Part shown: piece by piece, positions 51,230-64,000 of the stretch
How positions within the stretch are numbered: position 1 is the first letter of the stretch
Layout: the number at the start of each line of letters is the position of its first letter
Source: Yuukianura sp. NJ FZ-2021
Lineage: Eukaryota
Length of the DNA stretch: 64,000 bases
Direction of reading: 5' to 3'
Assembly: GCA_046563655.1 (NCBI GenBank)
Contig: CM102288.1
Coordinates: 868,001 to 932,000 of the forward strand
Notes under the pieces: generated by a model
What the model was told of the DNA's origin: nothing
The model's input: only the letters and a program-made list of their open reading frames with translations
The model's database searches: none
Made by a program: the position numbers and the translations under genes

Positions 51230-52843
51230 ATGGAGGTTTTGCTAAGCACAGACGAAGCGGAGCTGTCGAAGCTCAGTCTCAATTTCTGGAGTACGACGAC
51301 GGGTACAAAGCTACTGAGTCTGCGCGGACCAACGGCCCTTGCTCGCTCGCTGACGTTTATTCGCGATGAAGGCCTCCTTATAATTGAAGCCGGGAAGCCC
51401 TTCATTCATTTTTGGCAAAGTGGACACTCGTTGCAATCTTCCAGGAGAATTCTATGTCCAGGAAAACCGGGAGCCATGGTACGAAACATCACGAATCTGA
51501 AACTAACTCTCGATTTTTAATTCCGAATTTTTCTCATTCAGGCAATGACCCCTGATGGTTCATTCCTGGCTGTTGCCATTGAAGAGAAAATCTACATTTG
51601 GCAAGTTGCCACTGGACGTATCGTGTCAGTCGTCACTTCAGCTCACTACCGCCCTGTTGCTGTACTAAAATTTACCGACGACGGAACCTATCTCGTCAGC
51701 GGTGGCCAGGACGGGCTAGTTTTGTGCTGGAAGTTGCTGCCTCTCGTCTCAGGCCAATCCACTCTACCGAAATATTCCTGGACCGATCACAGTTCCGAAA
51801 TCACTGGAATCCATATCGGATACGGTGGAGTCAAATCCTCCGTCTTTACCGTTTCATCCGACCGTACCGCCAAAGTCTACTCCCTTGTCACTGGCACTCT
51901 GCTGCTCTCTGTATCCTACCCAGTAGCCCTTACCACAATTGTTGCCGATGGCGGAGAGTTTTCGTTCTACGTTGGAAGCACAACTGGATCCATTTATCAA
52001 ATGAAGCTTCAATCTGCTCCCAGGTCCATCGAACATCACATTTCGTCTGACGCCATGGCCGACTCTGTTTTCAAGAAACACAAAGAACCAATCACAGCTC
52101 TTTCTATCTCAGCTGATGGACGAACTCTTGGTTCTGGCGATACGGAAGGCCTTATCCTCCTCTGGGACACAGAAACTAAGCAGGCAATTAAAACAATTGT
52201 TGGCGGGAAAGCCAAAGTGACCAACTTACTCTTCTGGCTAGGAAATCCAGAAGTTCTGAAAGGCGGACGAAAAGCACAAATCATCTTCCCCGAAGTGCCT
52301 AAACTTGTGGAACAATCAGACGATCGAAACGAAATGGACCAAACTGTGTTAGTTTGGAACCGAGAAGAAAGAACTCCATACACACCAGAATCATTCCGTC
52401 CAGCATCCGACGAAACTCCTGATACTGCAAGCATCGAGATATCCAGATTAAAAGCGGAACTGGAACGAAGTGAGAGGATAAACGCCAGACTGCACGAATT
52501 CTGTTTAGAGCATGTCATGGGTCAGGCTTCCTCTTCAGATAATCTTGAACGAATACCCAAGAAAACCATTGTCAAAACGAAACTGAAAAAGCAAAAACTT
52601 AACGATGAAACTGAAGTAGAAAATGGTGATGCTGATGCTGACGAGGAAGGTGAAACTGAAATTGTTGATGTTGAAATGGACACAACGGAACAAAACGCAA
52701 CGTCTTCAGCGTCCATTGTCAAGAAAAAGAAGAAAGTAACTGACACTGTTAGTTTAAAACTGAAAAGGAAAGGCAGTACAGCGGAAAAAGACCGAAAGAA
52801 AAAGAAATCCAAAAATTTAACTCGAAAACGTAGAGTAAATTAA
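51230..52843 (+). CDS. WDR18: WD repeat-containing protein 18 (Ipi3, rixosome/PELP1 complex)
   Basis: Two exons. LCPGKPGAM|AMTPDGSFLAVAIEEKIYIWQVATG, AHYRPVAVLKFTDDG...SGGQDG, C-terminal coiled coil INARLHEFC, basic tail. Confidence 0.9.
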
Positions 52844-53068
52844 TTTTTTCTAATTGCATTGCATAGTTGATGGAAATTAATTGCAATATTTAATTGTATT
52901 TTTTAGTCAAACTTATATGCTAAATCTAAAGCACTCTTTGTAAATTTGAAGTGACATGCCTATACGGTATCACAAAATATAATTCTTACGTTAGCAATTA
53001 ATTGGCAGGCTTTAGTTTCCAGGAAGAAGAGATCTCCAGCATATTCTTGTTAGTTTTTATAGTAGTAC

Positions 53069-56000
53069 TTACTTAGACGAAGTACTCGGCATTGCCGGAG
53101 AATACGGAAGAATGTCGTGAATCATCAAGTCGTATCCCATGTTTTCGTATAGTAATCCAATGGATTCAACTCGATACATCTTGGCTATGACCAGCACCTT
53201 TTCACAGTCGCGCAGTTCCTCCAGCTTGTTTTGAATATTTTCAATAGTACATTTCCGACTGGGTTTCCACGTCCAGATGAATCTCTTGCGTAGAGGATGT
53301 GTCTCCTCTTTGTTCAAAATGTCAACGGCGAAGTGTGGATTTCCATCGATCACTGGTCGTTCTGAAATATCAATACAAAAAAGTAAGTTAATTTGATTCA
53401 CTTTCAAAATTTTGACGATTGACGAGGCTTACTTCTCAACTTCTTTCCAATACCCGCCGGCATTGATACAGCCTCCAGCAGCTCTTTGAAATCTCGTTCT
53501 GCACGCGTGTACTGCTTGATTTTGTACGGAAAAGAATCAACGTTGCGAACCGGTTTAAGATTAAACTCCGGAAGTTTCCTCTTCCACAGAAACCAATGAA
53601 ATGGGCTAGAAGTGTTTGCTGGAATCGGATCAAAAACGTCGAATATTTCTCTGCGCGGAATTCCTTTAGTACGAATGCCTTCCTTGACCCACATCCACTA
53701 AAAACAATTAGGCAGAATCATTAATTAGGTTAAGTTAGTTGAATTCAAACTTGACGAATATGTTATGTATATTTTTACAAAGTAACTTACAGGTTCGTAT
53801 CCACAATCTCGTTTAGCTTCAAATCGGTCGTAGCGAACAATGACTCCTTGGAACACCAAAAGTTTCGACTCTCTGCGAGTTAGGGGAATCGGAAGAGAAA
53901 CGAACAAGGAACGAAACAAAGCGATTTTCTTGGATTCTACGTTGTAAAGTTTAAGAAACTTGAGTTTGTTTTGCTCTTCAATTGGCACTGGATAGCCGCC
54001 TCCGACTGACCACGGTACATCCGTCCGCTTCAAAATTGCCGAGGAATTCTCATTTCCCAGAAATTCTTGAAGTACCGCATCTACGGAATCACATTTCATG
54101 AAAGCCCAGTACTTCCTCACATCCAAATTCGTATAAATCTGAAAATATTTCGAGAAATTAAATGCTGGTTAAACTCATCGTCACTTTAGTCTTGTGGAGA
54201 CGAATGTCTACGATCTGCTGAAGACTATTGATACGACTTTGTCCGTCTGTCTGTCTCTTTTTGGACTCGTTCCATATTGCATTTATTTTATAATTCGATT
54301 ATAAAATAGCCAGGGTTGGCTGGTTTTTGGTTTTTATTCAAAAAAATCAAAAACCAATGGTTTTTGGTTTAATCAATGGTTTTTTTGGTTTAAATCAAAA
54401 CCGGATTTTGTGTAGGAATTATACTGTTATCATCAATAAAGAGGCTGCAAACTTGAACCTTCCATTAATATAACATTGCTAATTAATATCCCTAGTGTTG
54501 TAAACGCGTAATTAGTTGAGAATAACTTTACATTGGAAAATGGAAATTGGAAATTTAAAGTTTTTGCTTCGGATTTGGTTCAATTTCATGGCTTTTACCA
54601 TGTAAAACTCCGAAAAACCTAAACCAGGTTCTTATTGCAAAAAAACCAGTTGGTTTAAATCATGGTTTAAACCGTGGTTTAAACCAATTGGTTTAAACCT
54701 GTCCACCCTGAAAATAGCTAAATTCCTTAGTCACAATTGTTATTAGTCAGCTTACCTGTGACATGCTTGAAGTGTGAAGTGTCTGATTGAGATTCTCCTC
54801 CTTTTTACACAAGAAAACAAATAAGGTAAAATGATAAAGAGTCTAGAATCAAAACTTAAAACCAAAAAGTAACAAATCTAAACTCACAAAAATGTAATAG
54901 TTGTCGATGAAAACCCGCTTGACGTTGGTAATAACGATGAGTGATCCAGGAACAAGTTCGTGCCTATTTGGCCATATCAATGAACTTAAATAAAGCAGAA
55001 TCCTAAAGAAAACAGAAAGTTAATTCAACAAATTAACTTCAACATTTAAAGCAAGAATGGAAAATAGCCTTACGGAAGCGGTTCCACACAGCTCTTGTCA
55101 ACAACTTCAATCCAGCACGTAATGTCATATTGAACCATATTTTCTCCAATGTTGTCATCATCGTTCCGTTTCACTTTACATTCGTGCCGACGTCGCCGTT
55201 CAAAACGACTCACGTGAGACAATACCCCAATTATATCCACGAGCTCAATCCTAAATTAAACAAGAATTGTAAACATTGTGAAATCAAAATCTGGCGAAAA
55301 TTAGTTTGTGTAAACTTACTGATGTGATGCAAGTAGATTGGGTACTGAGCTTGGGCTCCACAATTTCTTGTATGACGGTTTCAAAAAATTGGTAATGCAA
55401 TTGACGGTGTCTTCTTTCTTGATCAAGCAGAGCTTATCGAATTCCCCAATTTTGATCATGCCGTTGAAGACAAGTTTTTCACCAAAGTGTGGAACACGGT
55501 CGAAATCTTTCAGAGGCATAAGCGTATAATTCATTATGAGAAGTGTGTCTCCGACATTCGCCATACTGTAGGCTAGCTGATTCTGTAAACGTAAAAAATG
55601 CAATTTCAAAAATCGATTTCTTTTTAATAATATGAAGAGCTTACGGCATTGTTGATGAACTTGATGACGCAAGCGCCGGTTTCATCCGCAACGACCAGTT
55701 TTCCGTAAATTAAGCCCATTTGATCTCTGATTACGAGGTCCAGTTTAATTTCTAGAAATCACAACACAATTTAACTTTTAGTCACTACCATACCTTGCTT
55801 TAGTAACTTGAATGCTTAAACATGAATAAAAGTTACCATTTTGTACTTACTTGCAATAACAGTGACAAAAACTGGGAAACATAATGGTTGAGCATAATCG
55901 AGCTGTCGTCCGGTCAATACGTATTGCAACGTTTTTCTATTACTGTATGCTTCCAAAACCTTTTCCTCTGAAGAAACCACCTTTATCCGAGTATTCCGCG

Positions 56001-56620
56001 GCCTTTCCTCTATTGGAGTTTCGTCCATTTGGTCACCCAATTCTTCACTGAGATTCTTCAATACATCGAGATCAAATTGGGGCATCACTGAAAACCATAC
56101 AATTATCAAGGTTCTTCGCTTGATGTAAATCCTTTCGTTAAAAATTAAAAAAGCAAGGCCTTCAAGATACTCAAAACAAGAACTAGTAAATACTTAGAAG
56201 TTAGTAATTGTTCTACAAGTAAATTTTTTGTTTTGTTTTGTACACTTTACTTTTGCGATTTGGCAAATCAGGAAAATAATCTCCGTACGCATGGCTCCAT
56301 CCATCTATTTCGGCTACAGTAGCCAGATTTCGGCCGAAGAGCTACCAGTAAACAATGAATATTACTTAAAAATTACTCTTACTACTACTTTTGTTGTTTT
56401 GTTCCAGTCTTAGTCTTGGTTAGGTTATGTTAGATAAGTTAATCACGTAAATTCATAAAATTTTAATCCAAAAACATACCCTCAACGTAGTCACTGGTTC
56501 GTCCTGAAGGTCTGGCAACACTCCTCGACATGGAATAGTTCCAATTTGAGCGTGTTCTTCAACAAGCGGCATGAATTCCGACCTAGGCGATTCAGCGTGC
56601 CTTCCCGGTCCAGCGGCCAT
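53069..56620 (-). CDS. RADX: RADX-like (RPA-related OB-fold ssDNA-binding protein), ~693 aa
   Basis: Eleven phase-consistent GT-AG exons: 56620-56480, 56341-56251, 56087-55851, 55751-55645, 55582-55320, 55250-55074, 55002-54888, 54800-54756, 54138-53791, 53697-53433, 53361-53069. Colinear RADX-like motifs: LVVADETG, NVGDTLLIMNY, DIIGVLSHVSR, WIEVVD, SVGGGYPVP, RESKLLVFQGVI. Confidence 0.72.
54311..54710. mobile_element. hAT-type MITE in RADX-like intron
   Basis: Ends CAGGGTTGG / CCACCCTG, an 8-bp TSD AAAATAGC (54303-54310, 54711-54718), and subterminal GGTTTAAACC/GGTTTTT repeats. Confidence 0.9.
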
Positions 56621-59600
56621 CTTGTAGAATCGATTAGGAGAATCTAGAGACAACAAAAACGTTATGTAGTTTCCATAAAACGTAAATTCTTTTGATGGAA
56701 CACCTTACCAAGAAACTACAGAACCATCATCGACAATAATCAATCGGAGAAATGAAAGCGAACCAGACTTGTCACTTTCGATAATCTAAGGATAAGTGGG
56801 ACTTCCTTCCCAAGACGTAGCAAGGCTAAAATAGTAATAGTAAATATTTATGTTAATTAATCGATTATTCGATTGACGAACGTGAACGTGAACGTGACAG
56901 ACAAGACAATTAGATAGCCTGCTGAAAAAGAAGCTCGATTTCCAAACGTCCAAACCAATTTACATAACAAAAAAAAACAAAACAAAAACAAACAAAAAAC
57001 TTACCTTTCTTTTTACTGTTTCCCGCCTTCAAGATTTCCCACCAAAATCGCACCTTGGCCAAAATTCTCTAATTTTTTACCTTGATTATTCTTGAACAGT
57101 TACAATAAATTTTAGACTACTAAATTAATAATGCGTGTCTGATTATTCCCATAATCAACAATTATAATTAAAGTTTAAACACTTTTTCTCAGGTTTACGA
57201 ATTATTTCATGATTTTTCAATTAGTTGTCAACGACAAAAGCAACGTAAGGTGAAACATTCTTCAACCAGAACAACTTTCACACTGAAGACTTCGTTTTGT
57301 AAGTTGTGATAATTTCAGTGTAACATTTGACCTTTAACCATAACAGTTTATTAGATTTTGAAGCAATTAGATGAACTAAGCTTCTGTAGTTTTATGAAGT
57401 ATTAAAAAAGAAAAAAGAAAAAGTACGCACATTGTATGCCCTTTGACACAAAGTGTCAAACTTCCAAGGAAAACCATCAACATCAATTAGTTTGACATAA
57501 AGCGTAGGGTTCGGGAAGTCCATAACTTTATTCAACCGTGTCCAACTGAAAACCTAAAGTAAATGTGGAGTTATAATTAAGAAAATGGAGGAAATAAGAG
57601 ACACGTAAAGGGAAATGGGACGGGCAAAGGAAGGAGGAGACCACTTTCACAAAAACTTTCTCTTTTTTCCTCTCTAAAATATTCATAAGTGGTCAAGGGA
57701 AAGGCAAATGGGTCACTCCCTCATGCATAAACGATTGTCATCTTCCACTTCTTAGCATAACACAACTTTAGAATCCCACTTACTAAGGTAAACATAACGT
57801 TATGAAAACAATAATGTATTTACTCTCTTCTAAAATGAAGTTTTTTAACTTGTTGCATGATCAAAATTCGACCAGGTTTGCCTTACTGCTACTCCGCCCC
57901 TTTGTCCGACATAAGCCAAATGAATAGTCTAAATTTTTAAAACTTTGGGCCTAAGCAAAAACTTACGTTTTTAAATTCATTTTTTCAGAGGTTCATGTTT
58001 AAGTTCTTTAAAATTCAGAAAAGTAAAGTTTATTTGAACGTGTCGTGACAAGCAGAAGTAATAAAACTGAGTAGGGTTTTACTTTCTCCTTTCATAATCG
58101 CCATATCATCATCCCCTTTTCTATTCAAATTATGCATGAAATCTTCATTCAAAATTTACAAGCAACCGGTGTCTTCTGCTTTCTCTACTTCCAAAAAAAT
58201 TATGGTGTGAATTTTTTTTTTTCCGGCTAGATTTAGTATAAGGGTACTTAAGGCTAAGGCTCCTCCGCGAATGTACTTTTTTCAATTTCGTAGCAAAAGA
58301 AATCAACTTTCTCCTAATGATACTTGAAAGAAAAACGTTCTCCTGCTTTTTGTTTCTCTTACCAAAATAAAAATAAAAACAGACTCATCATTACTTTTTG
58401 AAAAATTTCGTCAGGAAAACAAATCCTTTTACATTTTCTTTTCTCTTTTTTGAAAAACCTACCCTAAAATTTTGGTAGAAATTAAAAACGTGTTTTTACG
58501 CTGTTTGCTTATGTTCTCATTTGCACAAAAAACAGTTCTTTTGGGAGGACAGAGTTTAGAAATAACTACGAGCATATGCAGTTGCAATCATCAGACCATG
58601 TCCTACACCCGCCTTTTCACTTTTTGGAAACATTTTTTTTTGCAGGAGGGTGAAAGTAGCCCGAAAAATCGAATTTTTATGTAAAATTTAGCATGTGTCT
58701 AGTACAAGTCGCATGAATTGGATTATTTCGAGACTAAAGCGCTCAAATCCACAAGAAAATAGAAAAACTGGTCTACTTGGCATCGCCTAAGGCTATTCCC
58801 ACAAGGTTTAAGACAAGACGTGTCAGGAATTGAACATTTTTGGTGTTTTTGTTTTGGTCATGCGGAAAACGCACTTTGTTTTGAAAATTCGGAGTTAGGT
58901 TGAGGGGCAGTGTGTAGTTGGGTTGATGTGTAATGGAACGTGGATCTAATTAAAGTTTCCATTGTTTGAACCTGTCTGTGCGACAGGTGAAAGGAGAAGA
59001 CTGAAGTTGAGGTGTGTCCCATTAGAGTCCATGCTGTTCCTGGATGTCCATCGACCCAAAAAGTCGCCAAGCCTATACTGTCACCGTCACTTGAGACAAT
59101 GGACTCTTGTCATGCCACTTACTCAGCCAGAGACAACATCAACCAACAACAGCACAAAACCCCTTGCTTTCACTTTTTCTCAAAATTTTCACTCCAGAAA
59201 TATTTTATTTTCATTTTAAGAATTCAGTGTCTGTGCAGTAACTGAAATTAAGAGGGTTATGGGACGAACATTTTTGGATTTTTATGATTTGTGGGTCCTT
59301 TTCCTTTTCTTAGCGGTTTAACGTTTATTATCCAAATGTAGACGCTAATAAGTTTAAGAAATTTATAAAACTTCAGTTCAAAACAAGGTTTTTTGAAATA
59401 AAAAGTTGGGCTTTGTTGAAAAAGGGGATGCAGTAACAGTAAATAGTAATTGCCTTTGTCTTCAATCGATCCACTTTCCACGTACCGTTCAGCTTACTTT
59501 CACTTGTACCCTCCACATGGAAAAACCATATGCACATACAATTTTTAACTTTCACTAAATGGAAACGAACGACTTTTGGTTAGAACAGGGCTGAAATTAA

Positions 59601-60040
59601 TTATTAATTATTAATTAATTATATAATATATTATTATAATAAAATTAGTTATTATGTGTAATTAATCCTCAATCAAACACTGCTTACTTTGTGGAAGCTT
59701 ACACTAGAATAGGCGTGTATTTAGACTAAATTACACAAATGTTAAACTTACAATAAAAAAAAAAGTAACGCAGAAAAGCTTTTGCTTTTACCTTTGACAT
59801 TTTTTAGATTTGCTTTAGTTTAAATTTCTAATTAATTACTATTAAATTATAAAAGAAAAAAATATTAATTATTAAAAATTAGAAAATTTAGTACAGTCAG
59901 GTTGCTCCTTACTTCAGCGATGGCTACGAAAAATTCAAAATTGTACTTGAATTTCTACGTCTTGCTTGTTTAGTTTGATTTGTACGACAGTCGCTATGAT
60001 ACTGAAACTGAAAAGTTTGTAAAAGCTTTAAAAATTTTAA

Positions 60041-60198
60041 AGGGCGACGTAGTTCGCTTATGGGAGACCTGTAGGATGAAGACCTGATTTGGCTGAGAAT
60101 TTGTAAACTTGTTTTTTGATGCCCCATTTTCAAATTTTCCAACTTTTCAGCCAAATCGTACGGGTCTCCCCTCTGTCATAAGCGAACTACGGCGCTCT
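60041..60198. mobile_element. TTAA-flanked MITE (Kolobok-like termini)
   Basis: TIRs AGGGCGACGTAGTTCGCTTATG / CATAAGCGAACTACGGCGCTCT, TTAA on both sides; internal inverted GATTTGGCTGA/TCAGCCAAATC. Confidence 0.8.
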
Positions 60199-63106
60199 TT
60201 AAAGTAAATTCAGAAGCTTTTGTAAAATTTGAAAACACGATGTTAAATCACCTGAATAAAAGCAGGAGTTTAAAGAGAAAAATTCGTTAAAAATAGGAAA
60301 AAAATTGGTTTAAAATGAGCCTAATTTGCGGCGAGCATTAGACAAATTTTGATCTTTCTTTTTGTTCCAATTTTCTTTGCATAAAACTGAACATTTTTGA
60401 GAGAAAGTTTTTGCCCGTTGGAAAACTAATTTCTATTTTTTTATATACTGTAAACACAGTAAACAAAGGAACAAAAAGAAAGTTTTATATAAAAGTTGTG
60501 ATTTTGTATACTAACTTCTGTAACTTTAGTAGTGGGTGAGGATAGAAGAAGTGAAAGTTTTTTTAGAAAGAAAAGAAAACACGTAGAAAATTGGAAGAGA
60601 AAGTTGAAACCACAGAAACAGCAGGAGAGACAATTACATTAGTTTTCTATGTACAAACTCACGTTTCTTCAGAAATCCACCTTTTCTTTTTCTGTTTTCT
60701 GAAATTTGAGTCTCCGGCATGTGACTGCTAAAAAACGAAAATTTCTTTTTAGAAACCTTTCTTTGCAATCCAAAAAACTTTAAAAACAAACAAAATGGTT
60801 AGAGCTAGAAAGCGAAACTTTTTACCTGGAGTCAACACTTGCTTTTGAAGAAAGTCGTTTTTTTGTGAAAAATTGTAAAATTTTGAAGAAAATTGTTGAT
60901 AATGGGAAAACTCTATCGAGAAAGTCTAGTGACTCGCTGTTGCCTTAGATTTGGACGGATTTTTGACTGACTCAACAACAAAATCACTAGTCTTCCAGGT
61001 AGAGCCTCCCGTTCCATATATTTTCAACAAGTTGTTGTCACCAAAAATTCCTCGGCGAGGTCAAGCAGTTGAAACCACCAAATTTCAAAAATTAGAAAAA
61101 GAAAACGCTTTTTCAAAGTTTCCTTCCAGTTCCAAACTCCACCGACTGACTGAGCAAAAGAGTGGGAGAGAAAGATGTTTTTATACTTTCACCGCCACGG
61201 TTTTCACCGCCGCGGTGTCTTTCTTTAGTCCAAGTCACTTGGATACAAAAACAGAACAAAATAGAGTCAGTGATGGTTCCACTAATTCAAATACTCGCGC
61301 TTTGTCCATAGCCATTTGCCCGCACTTTCAAACCAACAACGCAACACACACCTTAAAGCCTTTTTTTTAGCACAAACCTATTTCTATTTAATTTCAGCCT
61401 ATTTTTAGAATTTTAAATTCACACAATGAAGAAAATCAAACCTAACCAAAATCTTCAAAATTTGAACAAAAACTTAAAATTCGAAATGTTTCACCAAGAT
61501 GCGAAAATTTGACTTCCAGCACTTGAACGCCTAAGCACTCCGACCAATCAGCGTTAACCTTCAACTTCAAAATTCAGTAAACTTTCATTTTTGTGCATAA
61601 TTTGTTCCTCCTGTTATGATTTTTTGTGTGAATTTTGAAACAGGCTAACCAAAACCTAACTCCTCGTTCCGTTCGTCCCGTTTAGAAAAATTGTTAAGCA
61701 CAGTGAGGCTCTTAGGAGAAAGTTAGACACGAAAACAAAAGTTTTTGGTGAAAGTTGTGCTTGGAAAGTCTTTTTTGAAGACAATGTTTCGTGTTTGGAT
61801 ACTTACGTGGAGGAAGCATTAGTTTTACTTTGCATAGCCCACTTATTACCTGTCGATCCACTTCAACCGCAGTCCTTGCATCAATATTCATGTTCCACCG
61901 AACTGTTGCTTTTACAGTGCTACTCTCCTATGGTTAGGCTCATTTCGTTCCAAACCCTAATCTTCCCAATTGAACAAGACTTGAGGAAAAGTTTTCAGAG
62001 GAAATGGACATGGATTATTCTAGAGAAAGCGGAAAGAGAAAACAAAACAAAGCCTAACACGATCACATCACATTACCTCCGTCTCTACACTATAACACTA
62101 CGAACCTAACCAAAAACTATCATTTCAATTTTTAAAAAAATCAAAATGGTTAGGTTAATAGAAAAAGTGAACAAAACTACCAGAAACAGAAAAAGAAGAA
62201 ATTTTTTTTAGCTGTTTCACCGCAAAAGAAAGTTGCAATCTTTCAAATTCAAAGGTGGAACTTGTAAAATTCCTAAAAAATGCTGAAAACCGATTTTTTA
62301 TTTTTTATATTTTTTTTCGAAAAAATTTTTTTTAGCATTTACTTGTCATTCTCGCATAAAATATGTTTACAGTATCATAACGAGCTAAGTTTTACATAAT
62401 TATTTGAAAAAAGAATAGAATATTTTTATACGACGCGGCGCTTGATATTCAGAAAAGTTAAGTCAAAAGTTGGAATGAATTTTTCTTTTTCATTTTAAGT
62501 TTGAGGTATTGTTTTACGTAAAAATTAAATTAAAAATTCATATTAAATTTTACTAAAAGGTTAAAATTGAATATTCATTCGGTACGAAAAAAAATTGTTG
62601 CACAAGAGAAGGCGGAGAAAAAAGGAATAGTAAGCTGAAAAGCAAACCTTTTTGTGTCGTAAGTGTAATGAGGTTTTCCCTGTGCTTTCTCCTGCCGCAA
62701 ATAATTATGATTTATTGATGATAGCTTTCTCCACTTGAATCACATGTTAGAGCGGCTCTCGTTGCCTAAGAACAGAACTTACCAAACATAGTCTCCATGT
62801 ACACGTACTTACAAGTACACGTACACATTCTTACACGTACACGTATGTCCCACAATGTGTCCATTTTTCCATCAACGATGAATCCAAATACATCAGGGAC
62901 ACTACACGAATTGCGTTCCAACGGAATCCACTTGGGGAAAGATTTTTTTAAAAACTGTATAAGAAAGTTGGATGACAAAGACAAAATAAGGTGGAAAACA
63001 AATTAAACTTTACTTTAACCAAGTTAATTCACAAAGTCATAAAATTCTAAAAAGTTTTTCAAAAAAGAGAAAATTTCGAAATTCCTTAGCTCCCGGTTGT
63101 CAAATT

Positions 63107-64000
63107 TCACTCAAAAAGGACCGTTTCTGTTCTGAATTTGGAATTGGCTGAAGGTGGCGGTTGAAACGAGACTTTTGCCAAGGCTGCCACCAGAAGTGGC
63201 TCGAGTCCTTCAATGTCTCGCATGACCTTTGACTTTTCTTCGATCATGGCCAGAAATGTATCCACAATGTCCGTTTCATTGTGAAATACAAAATGGGGGT
63301 AATGAGCATCAAACGTAGTGCAGATCCACTTGATCAACTGAGAAACTCTGTCTGGATCTTCAAAGCCACTTTCCCATGAACTCTCCACTCGAGAGCACAA
63401 GTATTCCAAGAATTTCTTGACATTGTCGAAATCCATTGAGCGCAGACTCCGAATCAATTGTCGTTGGTCAAAGGGGCGCTCAAGGACTTGGTTAATCTGG
63501 CCGTTGCTGGGATACGTTGACCTCTGACCTGATTCGCCTTCAGTTACTTCTGTCTTTTCAATGGAACCAAGCAGAAACGTGAGGATTGCGACGAGAATTG
63601 GTTCAGGAATGTCCAAAAAGTACTCGAGAGACCAATTCAAAGCTGCGAAGTTCCGCTGTTCAATCATCGAAGGAATTACTTGTCCACAGATACTGAAAAA
63701 ACAACAAAAACGATCTATTCGTTTCGAAAACGTTTTCACTTAAAATGATTAAACTTATGTCGAAAATGGTCAAAATTTCTGCCGTACACTGATTGTGGCT
63801 GTCCATGATTTTCCAGAGTCTTGACCAAAGTAAAAAATTCTTCAAAATCTGTCACTCCCCCTGTCGTGTCGTTTGTTTTATCCGAATTCGTTTCAACTTC
63901 TTCATCGTCGTCTCCCCAACCACGCACCCAAGGATCCCTATGCTCAAAAAAGTCGAGACTCTGGAGCTGATGTCGGCCAAGGACTGACGACAGTAGCGAT
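63107..64000 (-). CDS. NOL11: Nucleolar protein 11, C-terminal part (5' end outside the window)
   Basis: DIPEPILVAILTFLL, PFDQRQLIRSLRSM, KFLEYL, IKWICTTFDAHY and a terminal FRTETVLF resemble the NOL11 C-terminal region. Confidence 0.75.

Noticed and set aside
62795..62850. ACACGT repeats as an E-box enhancer or coding exon
   Set aside because: Short degenerate microsatellite downstream of NOL11, with no other support.

Overview
Eukaryotic, AT-rich, gene-dense genomic DNA with many short GT-AG introns. It is most likely from an arthropod, given the dachs myosin, Ance-type ACE and TAACC/TTAGG repeats; the species cannot be fixed from the sequence. Recognisable genes in order are: IQCK-like (partial), SCPEP1/RISC, ZNF207/BuGZ, SLC38A10, ANKRD54, a single-domain ACE, three tandem orphan secreted low-complexity proteins, dachs myosin, an orphan gene, two tandem UNC-93-like paralogs, liprin-beta (three alternative N-termini), WDR18, an 11-exon RADX-like OB-fold gene assembled by hand, and NOL11 (partial). 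At least nine short non-autonomous TIR elements of several superfamilies can be delimited, most with target-site duplications. Several are clustered in a TE nest at 36.1-41.2 kb. The most notable observations are the putative invertebrate RADX apparently lacking OB1, the ACE-adjacent secreted-protein cluster, ~10-bp periodic A/T tracts in many introns, mosaic identity between the UNC-93 paralogs, and a foldback element with telomere-like repeats in its loop. Homology calls come from remembered family motifs; no database search was run.
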